Assembly: GCA_030390025.1 (NCBI GenBank)
Contig: CM059434.1
Span: 33,852,001 to 33,916,000, forward strand
DNA length: 64,000 nt
Origin: Squalus acanthias
Taxonomy: Eukaryota
Direction of reading: 5' to 3'
Both the position numbers and the translations under genes were made by a program. Below, in pieces: positions 1-12,715 of this stretch. The stretch's first letter is position 1. Each line of letters begins with the position of its first letter. Below the pieces are notes generated by a model. The model did no database searches, had not been told where the DNA came from, and saw only the letters and a list, made by a program, of their open reading frames with translations.

Positions 1-2325
1 ACCCTCCTTGTTACCTCCTCAAAAATTCAATCAAGTTAGTAAGACATGACCTTCCCTTAACAAATCCATGATGACTGTCCTTGATTATTCCGTGCCTTTC
101 TAAATGACGATTAATACGGTCCCTCAGAGTTTTTTACCCACCACCGAGGTTAGGCTGACTGGCCTGTAATTACTCGGGCTATCCCTTTCTCCCTTCTTAA
201 ACAATGGTACAACGTTAGCAGTCCTCCAGTCCTCCGGTACCACACCTGTAGCCAGAGAGGATTGGAAAATGATGGTCAAAGCCTCCGCTATTTCCTCCCT
301 TGCTTCTCTTAATAGCTTGGGATACATTTCATCTGGGCCTGGCGCTTTATCTACTTTCAAAGATGCTAAACCCCTTAATATTTCCTCTCTCACTATGTTT
401 ATCTCATCTAATATTTCACACTCCTCCTCCTTAACTATGTCTGCATCGTCCCCATATTTTGTGAAGAGAGACACAATGGCTGCGATTTTGCCGGCGCTCA
501 GAGTGCGGGTTCGGAGGCGGGTCCACTGTCAAAATCGAACTGATTGATAGCGGGTTGGGAACCTACTCCAAACCCGCCTTCACGTAAGTTTCCAAAGTGT
601 CGAGTCTGCGATTTCAGAACAGACCCGACACCAAGCGGCGGGGGAGACATTTAAGATAGCTAAATGCTTGTTAAATGCTGGTTAACTACTATTTTGCCAG
701 CCCATTTCTATTTTCCCACTTTTTTAACGGGGTTCACATCGTTCGGAGATCACGTCAGGTAAGTAGGTCAGGTTCTCTATGTCTCCCCATTGCTGTGAAT
801 AGGTGACAGCTGCAAAAGTGCTATGAAAGCTACCATTTCACAGCTGTTCATTTTCCAATGTCAGAAGCTTGAGCCTTCAGGACTTGGAAGACACTTTTGA
901 GCTGAATGCAGTTTGGAAGTGTTTGGAGTAAACTCTTTATCCACTGTCACCTCCTTGGAGCAAGCTTCTGTCATCTCAACTTCAGCTGCCATCTATTCCA
1001 GCAACATCGGTACCCTTGAAAAAATCTCACATTGGTCCTCTGAATCCCTCCAACGATCAGCCCCAACACCAACATCACCAGGCACACCAACATCACCAAC
1101 AACAATACCAACTTTCTCCGCAATCACCTGATTCTGCACAGGACACAGGGCATCAGCACCTGACCACATTGCTGCCCAGGAGGCCAGCGATGGCATCACC
1201 ATGGCCAGATTTACTTCACTTAACGCTGTACACCCTGGCTGCCGCATAATGCGCCTGGTTGACACCACCCCACACCAGCACCATAAAGCATCCCTACAAT
1301 GTCCAAGCCATTCCTTTCACACTCATCACAATTGGGGTGGGGAAGTTATGTCTCAACATTCATTGGAACTCACTAAGACATTTCCAAAGGTGAGCACAGA
1401 TCTGTCCAATAAGGTAAGGTGTTGAAAATAAAGATTTCAATGTTTGACAACATATTAACAGAAACTTCACATGAACATTGGCTAAACCACCCAGGTGCCT
1501 ACCCTTGTGTGTTGTTAGTTCGTATGCTTGCAGTAGGTTAAGGGTGAGTGTGAGGGGTGGCTAGTGAGATGGGGAAGTGATAATGTAGATAGAGAGGGAT
1601 GGGTGGAGGTGCAAGGTAAGTAGGTGTGAGTAAAGATATGCAGGAGTAGAGTAGGGAAGGCAGAGTGATGGGGATGTGATGAGTGGCATAGCAGGATGTG
1701 GTTGAGTGTGGCTTGGCAGTAAGGTTTCGTGATCTGCTCAGATCATTGAAAGGTTTGTGCCACAGCAGCCTGGTCCTCCTGACAATATCCCTGCTTCTGC
1801 CCTCCTGTGCAATGTGCAACCAGGCTGCGTTGATCTCCTGGGGAGGTCTCTTCCACCCATGGGAAGAGAAGAGAACCTCCCTGCGAGCTGTGACTTGGTG
1901 GGAGAGCCTGGGTGCTGTCGTGCACATTTGTGCAGTGCTTGTCAGTGTTTGCAGCACCTCAATGCTGTAGAAGATTGACCCCAGAACTGTCAAGATCAAT
2001 TTGGACATGACCCCTTTAAGGAAACCGGCTGATGATGCGTCATCAAATGACGTAATCAGACCCACTTCCTATTAATTGGCCGGGAACCTTGCAGAGCGGG
2101 CTTAACAAGCCCCAGCAACAGAAAATCACTTGGAGAGTGCGGGCTGCAGTATGCAGTGGGCTGGGACCGCGACACTAACCCCAGTCGCCCTGGACCCGCC
2201 TCGGTCGGCGAAATCGCGGCCAATGTATTCATTAAGAATCATACCCACATCTTCCTTAGTTACCCTCTTGCTCTTTATGTATTTATAAAACATCTTTGGG
2301 TTTTCCTTGATTTTAGTTGCTAGTT
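1..2325 (-). mobile_element. CR1-clade LINE fragment (ORF2, region before the RT), split by a Harbinger-derived insertion at 478-2221
   Basis: ORF 124-474 reads KVDKAPGPDEMYPKLLRE...VPEDWRTANVVPLFKKG...NYRPVSLTSVVGK, typical CR1 ORF2. The LINE resumes at 2222: gacac-aat-gtattca matches the uninterrupted CR1 near 58710. Confidence 0.85.
478..2221 (-). mobile_element. Non-autonomous PIF/Harbinger element (family A, copy 1) with a decayed Myb/SANT-like coding region
   Basis: Imperfect TIRs GGCTGCGATTTTGCCG / CGGCGAAATCGCGGCC. 3-bp TSD AAT at 475-477 and 2222-2224. ORF 1538-2065 contains APRLSH...VLF...W.HIA...RRT...KPFNDL, resembling Harbinger Myb/SANT proteins. Confidence 0.8.
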
Positions 2326-3634
2326 AGGGAGAGGAAATGTGGCCACTGTTCTGGCTGGAAGTCCGCGTTGTGGATGTAAGGTATAATTTTCTGACTGTAC
2401 AAATGCTCTGACCATTAATCTAAATGATCAAAAATCGTGCAGTGTGCACCCAAATTTCCGATATGCACTCCCAGCAGATGAGGTTCAACGACAGAAGTGC
2501 AAAGTTCCAAAATTATCCCTGTAAGGCGAGGATAGGATCGGGCCTGCCTCTGATGCTAGCTCCCCCTATTTCTGAAGTTGAATAACTTTCCCACACTCAC
2601 TGTCTTGGCTCAAAGATGAATAATGCTATTGGACAGAATACTAAAGTGGCCTGCGCTGTGGGCCATACCCCAACAAGAAATTAAGAAGATTTTGCGAGAG
2701 CGGGACATTTGTGGCGTGCTCTGTTAGTGAGATTTGTTGATGCATTTTGCCAACAAGTTGCTGGGAGTGTGAGCTGATAACGGCACGGCAAGGGCTACAG
2801 GGCCTCTGAGACTTTGGAGAACAACAGGACAAACATTGTATCTCCTTAACCAATGAGATTAAAGGATTCAGAAATAAACAGAGGAAGGACTGTGAAGGAG
2901 GGTGAATTAAAGGGGGTGAATTCAATGTCAAATCAGGTAAAAAAGAGAAATAAAGAGGGAAAGAAAGATTGGATTAAAAGAGAGAGAATAAAAAGGGACA
3001 GAAAGGAAAAGAAGACATTTTTTTTTAATTTGACATTTTTAAAATCTCCTCAGCCAATTCACAACCAAAAGGAATGAAACTCCACACTTATAATTGTTTA
3101 CTTTCTGGGCAAGAGAGATTGATTGGCAGTCATTAACAATTATCACATCGTTAAAAGGATGCTTACACTGTTAATTACTAGGCTTAACTTTCTGTGGCAC
3201 ATTTAATGGCCAATTAATGGGTAAATGCAGCAACTTCACAAAAATCACAGGGAGGTTAAGCATGAGATGTGAAGCTAACGGCAGAACGTCGCAAATTGTC
3301 CAGCAACTTGTGGCGATTCTCAACTCACGGGGTATCTCTTCCTCGTTTCAAGTTGCTGGCCGGTTTGCGCATTAATAACAGCGAGCCTCGGTCACACGCC
3401 CTTATTTTTTCAGCAAAACCTGCCCCACTACCTCGAGGGGAGAACAGAAAATTGATGGAGAAAAAGGGCGATTTTGTATTGAAATATTAATGCATTGTAT
3501 CCCCCAGTTATGAAACTCTGATCACATCACTGGTCTTTAATTGCTTTTGCATGAACATTCCAAACTTACTGTGAAATGGTTACCAGTTAACCCAGGTAGC
3601 TAAAAGGTAAGCTGACTAATTATGCTAAAATATG

Positions 3635-4285
3635 AGGCGAGAAATTCAACTCATGGTTGCCCATTTTGTGCTGTAAAACGTGTAGCCAGCAGTTAATCAG
3701 TGGGGAGGGAGGGTGGGGGGTGGGGGAGGGCACCTTGGCCACCTCTTCGACGTCCAAGGCCCGGCTGATGCAATATTCAAGTGGGCCTTTAAATGGGCGA
3801 GCAGCCCCCACACTTGCAACAGTTGTATGGCTACTTAAATATGCAAATAGAGGTCCTACGCTAGTGCTAGGACCCCAACTGCCAAGTTTGGCAACAAATG
3901 GGTGGAGCATGCGCCATGCACAATTTACCGAGATGTACCAGGCATTGAGCAGCACAACCTGTGGTCCTTAAAGGGATCGCTGGTGGCTGCTCCAAAACCG
4001 GGCAGGGAAATTTAGAGTTTTTGTGTTTTGGGGTCCAGGAGAAGTAAGAGTGCTCTTCCTAGATCCACAGAAAAACACTGACCTGTTCAAGGCTCCCTCT
4101 GCCCCCCTCCCTCACGATCGCCTCCTTTCCCAAACCCGGCTGCTGGGTCAGTGTAGGATCCGGCCGATTACCTGCCCTACCAGATCCAGCGAGCGGCAAC
4201 AGGGTGCCTGCCGCACAAACCGTTGAGCAGAGCGGTGGTCTGCAGACTTCACACCGGTTTTAGGCGGAAGTCAAATTTCTCAGCC
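3635..4285. mobile_element. Harbinger-type MITE
   Basis: Imperfect TIRs AGGCGAGAAATTC / AAATTTCTCAGCC with ATG on both sides (3-bp TSD). No coding capacity. Confidence 0.5.
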
Positions 4286-5378
4286 ATGAAGAATGAAATG
4301 TTGATCATTACCTGACAATTTAGTCAACAGGTAAATTGTAATAAAGCTGAATAAAAACAACTAGAAAGTGTTGTAAATTATAAATTGCACACAACCAAAT
4401 GTTTAAAAGCTTTAAATCTTTATTTTTTTTTAAAAAGCAGAACAAAAGTTGTCAAAACACATTTGCAATAAGCAGAATTATCACAATGTAGACTAATGCA
4501 TTTGGCTGCTTAACATCTTGGTGTAACCTTTAAGCAAATAGAGTCCATCATGATTAAATACAAATCTCAACAATCAATATTGCAAACTGGTTTAGGCCTG
4601 GCTCATTAAAAGCACTAAGCTTTTTTAATATCAAAGTTTGCTTCATATGCAGGTAAAATACTGAAAATGCAATAGGTGATAGTAAAATTCAATATTACAA
4701 TACAAAAGCATCCAATCACTGTGAACCTTTCTAAGCACTATAATATTGGAAGTAAACAATTCTGCAAAACTGATTTTAGTTCCATATATGACTAATAAAA
4801 ATGGCCATCAATGCATAACAGTCTATTATTTTAACAAAAGTAAGGATTACATTTATTATAAAATGCAAACTCGTTTGCCATCTTTTAAAAGAACTCAAGC
4901 ATTTGCCCCATCCTGTACTCGTTATACTTGTACTTGAGTTAAGCACAATTAAAATCTGCTATGCTAACATGCACTAATGTAAATTTGGCACTTCATTAAT
5001 CATACTTCCTTTTGTCTGTCAACAGACACAACAACTTTAGCTTGCATGCCATAATCAGATTTTGGAATAATGCAATTCCTTTTTTTTATTTATTCAAGGG
5101 GTATGTGCGTTGCAGGCAAGGCCAGCATTTATTGCCCATCCCTAATTGCCCTTGAGAAGGTGGTGGTGAGCCTTTATTGTGTCTCTGTTGAAAACTATGA
5201 ATAAAAGTACATCTCAGCTTTCAATAACCAGAAATGATGTAACAGAAGCAAAAGGTATTGTTTACCATTTTAAAAAAAAACACTGTGGCCCCATAATGGC
5301 TAAGCTAATGTCACAATGCAATAGCCACATAAAATATGAGAAAATTATAAAATTAAAGGCATAGTTTCCACCAGCACC

Positions 5379-5397
5379 TATATATATATATATATAT
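5379..5397. repeat. (TA)n microsatellite
   Basis: Run of tatatatata visible in the sequence. Confidence 0.8.
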
Positions 5398-7134
5398 GTC
5401 GATAATACTAGCAGATCTGCTATGAGGTTGCTCATACACTAAAGTGTGTATCTGAACTTGACGGCTAAACTGTGACAAGAACAAAGTGTGATAAATACAG
5501 AAAGTGAATGATAAATGCAAAACTTTTAATATATTATAGAACTAAGGGGTAAAAATTTGTTTCAGGCCATTTTCGGGCCCAGGCTCAGCACTGTGGAGGT
5601 AGCACACGCCCGAAGCAAGAGGCCCAAGAATCGAAAGAAATTGGTCCTCAGGCCTCGTCTGAATAATGGTGGTGATCTGCTGGGGTTGGTCGTGCCTCCA
5701 CAGGCAGCTCGCCCGACAGGAGACATCAATTTCGAGCCGCCTGCTTTGGCAGCAGTGGCAGTCAGATAAGTCCTGGGAGGAAGGTTGGAGCAGGGTACAG
5801 AGAGGGGGAGGGACTCCTAAGGAGTCGAGGGAACACTCCTGCTTCTCCTAGATCCACAGGAAGATGTTTCTTTTAAGAACAAAATTTTTTAATGTGTACC
5901 TTTGGTTGCCAGATGCAAGGGGCCGCTGAAACAGGGCAGGTTCTGCTAGTAATGTATATAGATAAAAGTTTTATGGTGTGTTAGTTACATTTTAGGTGTC
6001 ACCAAAGTCACAATTCTGCATCACACTTTCAAAAAAATATAAAAAGAGAGAAAGAGCATATAAAAAGAGAGAAAACTAACGATCACCGATGTACAGAGAA
6101 TCTTCCCTACCAACAGACATATCTTGTCATTGATTTCAGGAACTAAGCTTTAAAAAAATATAAAAATACAAAGGAAGCCACTCTGACTACGAATTGACCT
6201 GAGGATCTGTCGAAGAACAATTGGTAATTGACCGAGGAAGGCACAGCAACTGTACCTCATCGCCTTAAAAGAACACACTAAGTTATACACAGCTGCCCTT
6301 TCTCAGCAGGATATGGTACGTTGCATGCCTTACATGGTAGTATTCTCCTGCCCTTATAAAACAGTAAGTCTTCTGTCCTGACTTAATGAGCACCACAGGC
6401 GATCCACTAGTAACTCTAAACAAATCAAGTCAAATTAATTGATGACTTAGGAGCTTAGTGACCTATTCCAAATTGCTTAAAAAAATCTTATTTCTGTGAA
6501 ACAGCACAGTAATCACTTACTCCCATTTATCTTCCATTCCCATTGTAAAAATAATCACAAATAAGTATAATATTAAGCATTTTTACATTATTTGCCAAAA
6601 CAAATCAATAATTGGCTGGATAAGAATACAGAAAAACACAGCAAAGCACCACAATTGATATTGTGATGTGAATCAACTGGTAATGAGAATCATCACCATC
6701 TCCCTTCTATCAATAAACCTGCCATTGTGAATTCTGCATTCAGAAAATATTATCCACTCCTTCATCTGACAAAATGGCCTGTTATTTAACATGTTATTAT
6801 CTTCCCCACTTTTCTTTCACATCTAAGCAAAGAATCTAACCAACATTCTTGCTTTCTGTGAATATCTAACATGGTCCAAACAAGATAGAAAGGTTCAATC
6901 ACTTGTGAGCGCTTTCTATTCTGGCTGCAGTTGACACATATATGTATCAACTGAGCCTGTCCAACACTACACTGACCACATTCCCTTGATAATACAGTTG
7001 GGACTTTTTCACCAACGCCAACTCTGCTTACCAAGCTTGGCCATGATAAGCCCAACTGCCTACACAGCACAGACTGTTCACAGTCTCCTGTGGTTAAAGA
7101 TACTTAGAACCAATTTCAGCTCCAATAACTCAGC

Positions 7135-10100
7135 TTAAAAATTAATGGAATCATCTTCAGGTATTGTGTTATCTTGGCTGATTACTTCAGGTGGTACAGA
7201 TGCACACTTTTCATGTTTTAATGCATTGTGTGCGTCCATGAACCTCTGTAAATATTTTGAAGTGTACAACCAGTGATGCTTCAAAATGTCTTCCAGCTCA
7301 TAGCTTTTGGACTGCCTTGCATTCATCTTCCTGAAACGCCGAAAAAGCTTGTTGCCTGATTCATTCCCTTCACTTGCCCACGCGCCTATAGAGCCATCTC
7401 TTTCAATGATCTCAGGGACATGAGCCAAAGTCTTATGTAGGTAGTTGGTGATCTTCCCTTCATATCTGTGCTTGAACTCTGTACGGAGCAGTTCTCCAAA
7501 TCTCTGGGAATTAAAGCTGTACTGGCAAAGAAGATCTGGGCATTCTGTAGCTGGAAATGTGGAACGCCACACTGGTTTCATAAGAATGTAAAGGTGCATT
7601 AACTCCCTGAGAATTGCTCGCCTTTCTTCAGATGGAATCAATTCACACACAGCTTCTACAGTCTCTTTGGTCATCAGCTTTCTTGCAAAGTTTCCATTCA
7701 ACCTCATGACAGGTTTCAAGTTTATCCTTTTTCTTAAGTGTTGATCGAGCATTGCATTCCACCTTTTCCTTTCCATCTTAGATGGATTGGATTTTTTGTA
7801 CAGTTCCCCAATCTCATCCTGGAAGAGTTTGTAGAATTCTGTTGCATTTCCAATGTCACAATGCAAGGCATCTATAGAGGGCTGAGTTTCAATAAATGGT
7901 TTTGCTGACACCCCCTTCACTCTATCACGTAACTCTTCAGCTGTCTCCTGATATGGATTTGAACGCCAAATTTCATAGCGTTCTAAGTTCTCTTCGTGGC
8001 TTCTTGTTATGGAATGAAGGACCAAATTCTGTGAAGCCTCACTTCGAGTGGCATCACATAATGTGCATACATAGACAGAGCCTGAGGCTTCGAGGCCTTC
8101 AACTTCACGTACAAGCTTCTCATCATACCCTGTGCCTCTAAAGACAAACTGAAATGATCTGGGCAAATCTCCAATTTCAAGGATTAAATCACTAGTCTTC
8201 ATGGCTTTTCTTTCAGTGATTAGTGGGCCCAGTATTGCTGTCAATGTTTCATGGTCAGATTCATCTGCTAGCATTAGGCAAAGTGGTTTGCAGCTCAACT
8301 CAGAATTTGGCTTTAACTCTTCGAATACTTTCACTTCTTCCTTGTTTTCATTCATCACACTTACACTCATGATTGTAAAGGAATACCTCACTGCCTTTTC
8401 TGGAACAGGTGGACCACATCCATGTTTTTCACTGACATCCCCCATTCCATCACAGGATTCCTTGATTACAACAGTAAATGGTCCACTCACAAACTCATCT
8501 ATTTTTTGACATTTTAAACCTTCTAAAATATCGTCCTCAAGATCCTTCACAGCTGAAACAAGTGCCACATCATACCTAAATCGTCTTGAAATTGTCTCCA
8601 TTGGGTAATCATCAACACATTGTGGCGAACCACTCGTACCATCTATTATTCCCACTTCAGTGTTTGTAGAGACATTTGCTAGAGGAGGCTGCCATTCGAA
8701 TGGATAATAACCTGGCAACAATGTTTTCTCTGTATTTCGGAGTGCATGCAATGGCTGGAAGATCTGCTTCCCAGTAGTTGCTTTGACTGTCCTATACATT
8801 TTATGGTACTGACTGCAACTCAGAAATGTATTAACTCTAATGGCAAGACAGACTGCTGGCTTCAATCCTGATCCTCGTCCCTGCATTACAGCCTCCAGCT
8901 CATCTGCTTGCCTGTGCTCATTTCCAGCTCTCAGTGCCAGCAAAAACAGAGTAAGACAAACTGACTTTACATCGCCACCTTCTTCTTTGTCTGCAAAAGC
9001 CTTCACCTGAAGTTTGAGATCTCGCAGGCGATGTTTTTGAGCTCTTCGGGTTAAAGACAGCAAATGTTGCCTCGGACGGCCACCCTTGTTTATTGGTGAG
9101 TAAGCATGCTTCATTCTTGTTTCTTTGTGATTTTGGGCATGGTCAGGATATTCACCTAGTCTTACCTCCGCCTCACAGTCTGTCACTGGACATTTTAGAA
9201 CTAGTAAATTGAGAACATTCATGAATGATTTAACTGGGCTTATGAACTCTGTAGGACTACAAGGAAACCTACAAACTGGACAATACTTGCCCAGGACTGC
9301 AGTACATTTGAGAATACATGTTCTGCAGAAAAGGTGCTTGCATGGTGTTTGCACAGGGTCAGCCAGTAAGTGCTCACATACCTGACATGACACTGACTGG
9401 ATAAAGTTATTGGGATAATCAAGTACAAGGAGTTTCGAACTTAGGTGGATCTTCTTGCAGTTGACAATCTTTTTAGCCAACAAAATACTTGTACTATTAA
9501 TTTGATCTTTTCTTTTAGTAACTCTTGGTCTGCTTGGAGCATCAACTGCTACTTTGGGCTTCTTTGTGACTGGTGGACTTCGTTTGAGACCTTTTCGTTT
9601 GCGAGTCCCATTTGAAAAGTTGCAAATGCTGCAAAGATTGGAATGTGGCTTCCACTGAACAATTGTGCTGATAGGAAAGAATGCATCTTCATTAGTTGTG
9701 TTGTTGATTGTCTGAATGACAATCCGCCAGCAGTTGTAGCAGAAGTGGGTGGGATATCTGGCTTCGGTATCTGTCTTGACATCTATCCTAAATGTGTTAT
9801 GAATGAGTTTTGGCCAAAAACTGTCTCCGTATCCCATTTTCCTGAGAACCTCTTGTGTGACATCATCAACAGGTCCACTAACCGGGTATTTCATGTCATA
9901 ACTGTTGGTGTTAAAGGAAGCTCCACAAATGCGACAGAGATTTTGTAATCGTAATATATGATCTTCCAAAGATTTTGTTTCCATTTGGCTAAAGTCACAG
10001 AACTTGGTTTTTGGTGGGTTGACCTCTAAAGGCATGTGTTCCAGGGACTTATCTTCCAAAGTCTTCTTGTCCAAAGGCAATGTTTCCAAAGGCATAGTTC

Positions 10101-10185
10101 CCACTGGCTTCATTTGAGAGAATGAGGATTGCCACAGTAGGCCATGAACTGGCATAACAGTCTCTGTCTCAAAAGGCTTTGCCAT
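7135..10185 (-). CDS. RAG1: V(D)J recombination-activating protein 1, 1016-aa uninterrupted ORF; true N-terminus uncertain
   Basis: N-terminal CRIC...FCYNC region, C3HC4 RING (CQVC...CKHLFCRTC...CPVC), zinc finger A (CPVTDC...H...H), nonamer-binding [14 protein letters not shown] triad ([22 protein letters not shown]), zinc ligands CTLC and YLHKTLAH, acidic tail. No introns in the CDS. Confidence 0.98.
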   Translation of the reverse strand: MAKPFETETVMPVHGLLWQSSFSQMKPVGTMPLETLPLDKKTLEDKSLEHMPLEVNPPKTKFCDFSQMETKSLEDHILRLQNLCRICGASFNTNSYDMKYPVSGPVDDVTQEVLRKMGYGDSFWPKLIHNTFRIDVKTDTEARYPTHFCYNCWRIVIQTINNTTNEDAFFPISTIVQWKPHSNLCSICNFSNGTRKRKGLKRSPPVTKKPKVAVDAPSRPRVTKRKDQINSTSILLAKKIVNCKKIHLSSKLLVLDYPNNFIQSVSCQVCEHLLADPVQTPCKHLFCRTCILKCTAVLGKYCPVCRFPCSPTEFISPVKSFMNVLNLLVLKCPVTDCEAEVRLGEYPDHAQNHKETRMKHAYSPINKGGRPRQHLLSLTRRAQKHRLRDLKLQVKAFADKEEGGDVKSVCLTLFLLALRAGNEHRQADELEAVMQGRGSGLKPAVCLAIRVNTFLSCSQYHKMYRTVKATTGKQIFQPLHALRNTEKTLLPGYYPFEWQPPLANVSTNTEVGIIDGTSGSPQCVDDYPMETISRRFRYDVALVSAVKDLEDDILEGLKCQKIDEFVSGPFTVVIKESCDGMGDVSEKHGCGPPVPEKAVRYSFTIMSVSVMNENKEEVKVFEELKPNSELSCKPLCLMLADESDHETLTAILGPLITERKAMKTSDLILEIGDLPRSFQFVFRGTGYDEKLVREVEGLEASGSVYVCTLCDATRSEASQNLVLHSITRSHEENLERYEIWRSNPYQETAEELRDRVKGVSAKPFIETQPSIDALHCDIGNATEFYKLFQDEIGELYKKSNPSKMERKRWNAMLDQHLRKRINLKPVMRLNGNFARKLMTKETVEAVCELIPSEERRAILRELMHLYILMKPVWRSTFPATECPDLLCQYSFNSQRFGELLRTEFKHRYEGKITNYLHKTLAHVPEIIERDGSIGAWASEGNESGNKLFRRFRKMNARQSKSYELEDILKHHWLYTSKYLQRFMDAHNALKHEKCASVPPEVISQDNTIPEDDSINF
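9960..10110 (-). repeat. Degenerate 15-nt (5-aa) tandem repeat in the RAG1 N-terminus
   Basis: Peptide [30 protein letters not shown]...ETKSL-ED; TCCAAAG-like motifs recur at 15-nt spacing on the + strand. Confidence 0.6.
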
Positions 10186-10211
10186 TGAAACCGGGGCTTC
10201 CTTTTGGACAT

Positions 10212-10280
10212 TTATGAAGGCCTTGTTTCTGAATGCCTAAAATCTTCAGGTATTATTTGCAGAGGCATCTCCATTTCCAT
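10212..10280 (-). other. Short 22-aa [25 protein letters not shown] at the expected RAG1 start, out of frame with the main ORF
   Basis: ATG lies 13 nt after the acceptor ctctgttag|GTACC (exon starts at 10293). TAA at 10214-10212. The frame differs from the ORF starting at 10185. Confidence 0.75.
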
Positions 10281-10525
10281 TAGACATCGGTACCTAACAG
10301 AGATATAAAAAGTGATTATTGATTAAAACAGGATTACAGTTCAACAGCTTCAGGAGCAACACAGTCAGCTTTATATTCAGTGTTAATTTACAACTCCTAC
10401 ATTTTAATCTTTCATTATTCAGATTGCTGCAGTTCACAATGTTAGGTCTGTGCTAAAATTGGGTTTTTGATTCGGTCTGGTCTGTAAAAGACCATCAATA
10501 AAAGACCATCACACCCAATACGAGG

Positions 10526-10684
10526 AGGGTAATGTTAACATAACACGCCTGGCGGGAATCTGGCAGGGTCGGGTAAGCCGCTCATTTTACACTCAATGAA
10601 GTGTAAATTCGGGCAGGGTGTAAAACGGGCAGCCGACCCCATCCTCTTCATTTCCCGCTGGGCGGGTTAGGTTAAAGTTACGCC
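10526..10684. mobile_element. Small palindromic MITE in the RAG1 intron
   Basis: Ends GGGTAATGTTAACATAACACGCCTGGCGGGAA and TTCCCGCTGGGCGGGTTAGGTTAAAGTTACGCC form an imperfect inverted repeat of about 30 bp. Confidence 0.6.
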
Positions 10685-12608
10685 GAAGATCTTTTGATGA
10701 TGAAAGACATATAATTTGAAAAAAATATAGAAAAAATTATCAGTTAGTACAAGAGTTTTATTTTGTACATTTAAAATTCTCAGGGCAGATTTCATAGGCC
10801 AAAGCTCACTTTTGCTTCTTTATAAATACACAGGAATACATAAAAGTGACAACGCGAAAACAGACCCAACCAGTCGGGGTTTACCCTCCACACAGCTAAA
10901 TAGCTCTACTCACATTTACCCGCCATGTTCCCATATCCCTTCAACTTAAGATAATTTCCTTAGGTTAGAATACAAAACAGAATTGACTAAAAAGCAATCA
11001 CATAACGCAAACGGGCCTCGCTGCTGCCTGCTAATTGGCTATAGAAGATAGGAGCAGGAGTAGGCCATTCAGCCCCTCGAGCCTGCTCCTTTTATCAGTG
11101 GTATCTGCCATCAATATACACAAAAGATGCTACTGCTGACTTGAGTGTTTAACAAAGGACAGAAAACCAAAGGTTTGTGGAAATAAGTTTTAAATTGTCA
11201 CAAAATTAATAACAACTGCAATTGTCAGACTGTGGTAAAATATTTTCCCTTAGGTTAGAGTGACTCAAATCTGTAAAAATGATCTCAGTCTTAAGATTCA
11301 CTCATTACCCCGAAGATCTTTTAATGATGAAACACACAAAATCGCATTTTGTGCAATGAGATTAACACACTTTCAGTTATTGATGTAGTCCTCAGGGGTA
11401 ATATTTTGATTTCTATTCCATGGCTACAGACACGCAGTAATGTTGTATCATCTGCAATGTATCAAGCCGTTTTTGCACTGGGAATTTATGTCTATTGGAA
11501 GTACTGTAGATATAGGACTGCACTGAAGGGAATATTGCTTGAGATTCATAACAGCCATCAGTAGTATGTTGCACTCTGCACAGATCGTAGCCTGGATTTC
11601 AACTAGCTTGCTGGAAGGGAAAGGCTACAAGATGATACAGTTGCACCACCTGGCCTGTAAAACCAGTACAGCACATCTTAAGTTTTTACAATATTTTTCA
11701 TGTCATTTTACACAACTAACCAAAGAACACAGTTAGTGTAAGAAGTCTGCAGTGATCATTTTTGAAATTGGTACAATACAACATATTTGGCATGTCCCAA
11801 ACTCCAGTGCTACCATGCCAGAGAGTCACTGGTAACAGAAAATATTGGCTTCCATTGACAACTACACATTCAAAAGCTTCACAACCTAATCAAGCCCACT
11901 TTCATAGAGATTAACGGGGATGGGTTTGGACTTTTTAAAAACTTGATACACCAAAGATAAGCATACTGTAACCTTGTACTACACTTTGTGTGGGATATAT
12001 TTTACAGATGTTAATACTAAAGTACAGTTTAAACTATGGTATAAGGACTTTCCGTAGAAGCAGGCAACAAACTGAATGGAAGAATAGTTCTGCCTACTTT
12101 CTCAAAAATTAGTAATCTGTGGTATATTTTAAAGAAATTAGACCCCACCATTTCATAAAAAATGATCTATTTCTGCATCTTCCATGCCATCTCTCCTCAC
12201 TTTTCTTAGAGCTCCTTCTAATGTAAAATGTAATGAAACTGCAGTATACTCGGCTGTCCAGTGCATGAGTTAGGAAAGCAGCAGTCAATTGAAAAACAGA
12301 AACATATTCTTTTTGATGCACATTCCTTTACTATGTCTTACTTTAAAATACTCAAAAAAGCATCTAAATATAAAATCAATTGAACCAACCATGTGATGTT
12401 TCAACTCCTTACATCCCTACCTACTAGTCTATATTATACTTATTCCACATAATAATAAACAAGTATAAGGTATATATGCCATGGCAGGAATCTTCAGTAA
12501 CCTTTAGCGATACAGCTTAGGAAAGATAAACTTACAGCAACATGGCTCTAAACTAAGTTAAATCAGTTGTTGCACAAGTACTGATAGCGGTGCCATTCTC
12601 TACATTAC

Positions 12609-12715
12609 CTTTCTCTCACAGAATGTGTTTTTCAGAGAGGGCTCCCATCTGGTCCATGTCATGAAGTAAACTCTGAAATAACAGGAACTCTCTCTACCTC
12701 TTCTAGTTTGTTCTG
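12609..12715 (-). other. RAG1: Probable RAG1 first (5'UTR) exon
   Basis: Donor GAGAAAG|GTAATG at 12609/12608, with an alternative GCT|GTAAGT at 12536/12535. It lies directly downstream of a lymphoid-type motif cluster and 2.3 kb from the acceptor at 10293. The 5' end is an estimate. Confidence 0.55.

Noticed and set aside
5250-5600. CACTGTG heptamers (5281, 5589) as RSSs or relic RAG transposon TIRs
   Set aside because: No GGTTTTTGT-like nonamer at 12- or 23-bp spacing; a 7-mer is expected by chance in 64 kb.
1-7134. RAG2, expected convergent and downstream of RAG1
   Set aside because: No kelch- or PHD-like ORF in the 7 kb available; it is mostly repeats and AT-rich UTR-like DNA. RAG2 probably lies left of the window, so absence here is not evidence of loss.
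7896-9948. Antisense and alternate-frame ORFs over RAG1
   Set aside because: Short, with no recognisable motifs; shadows of the RAG1 CDS.
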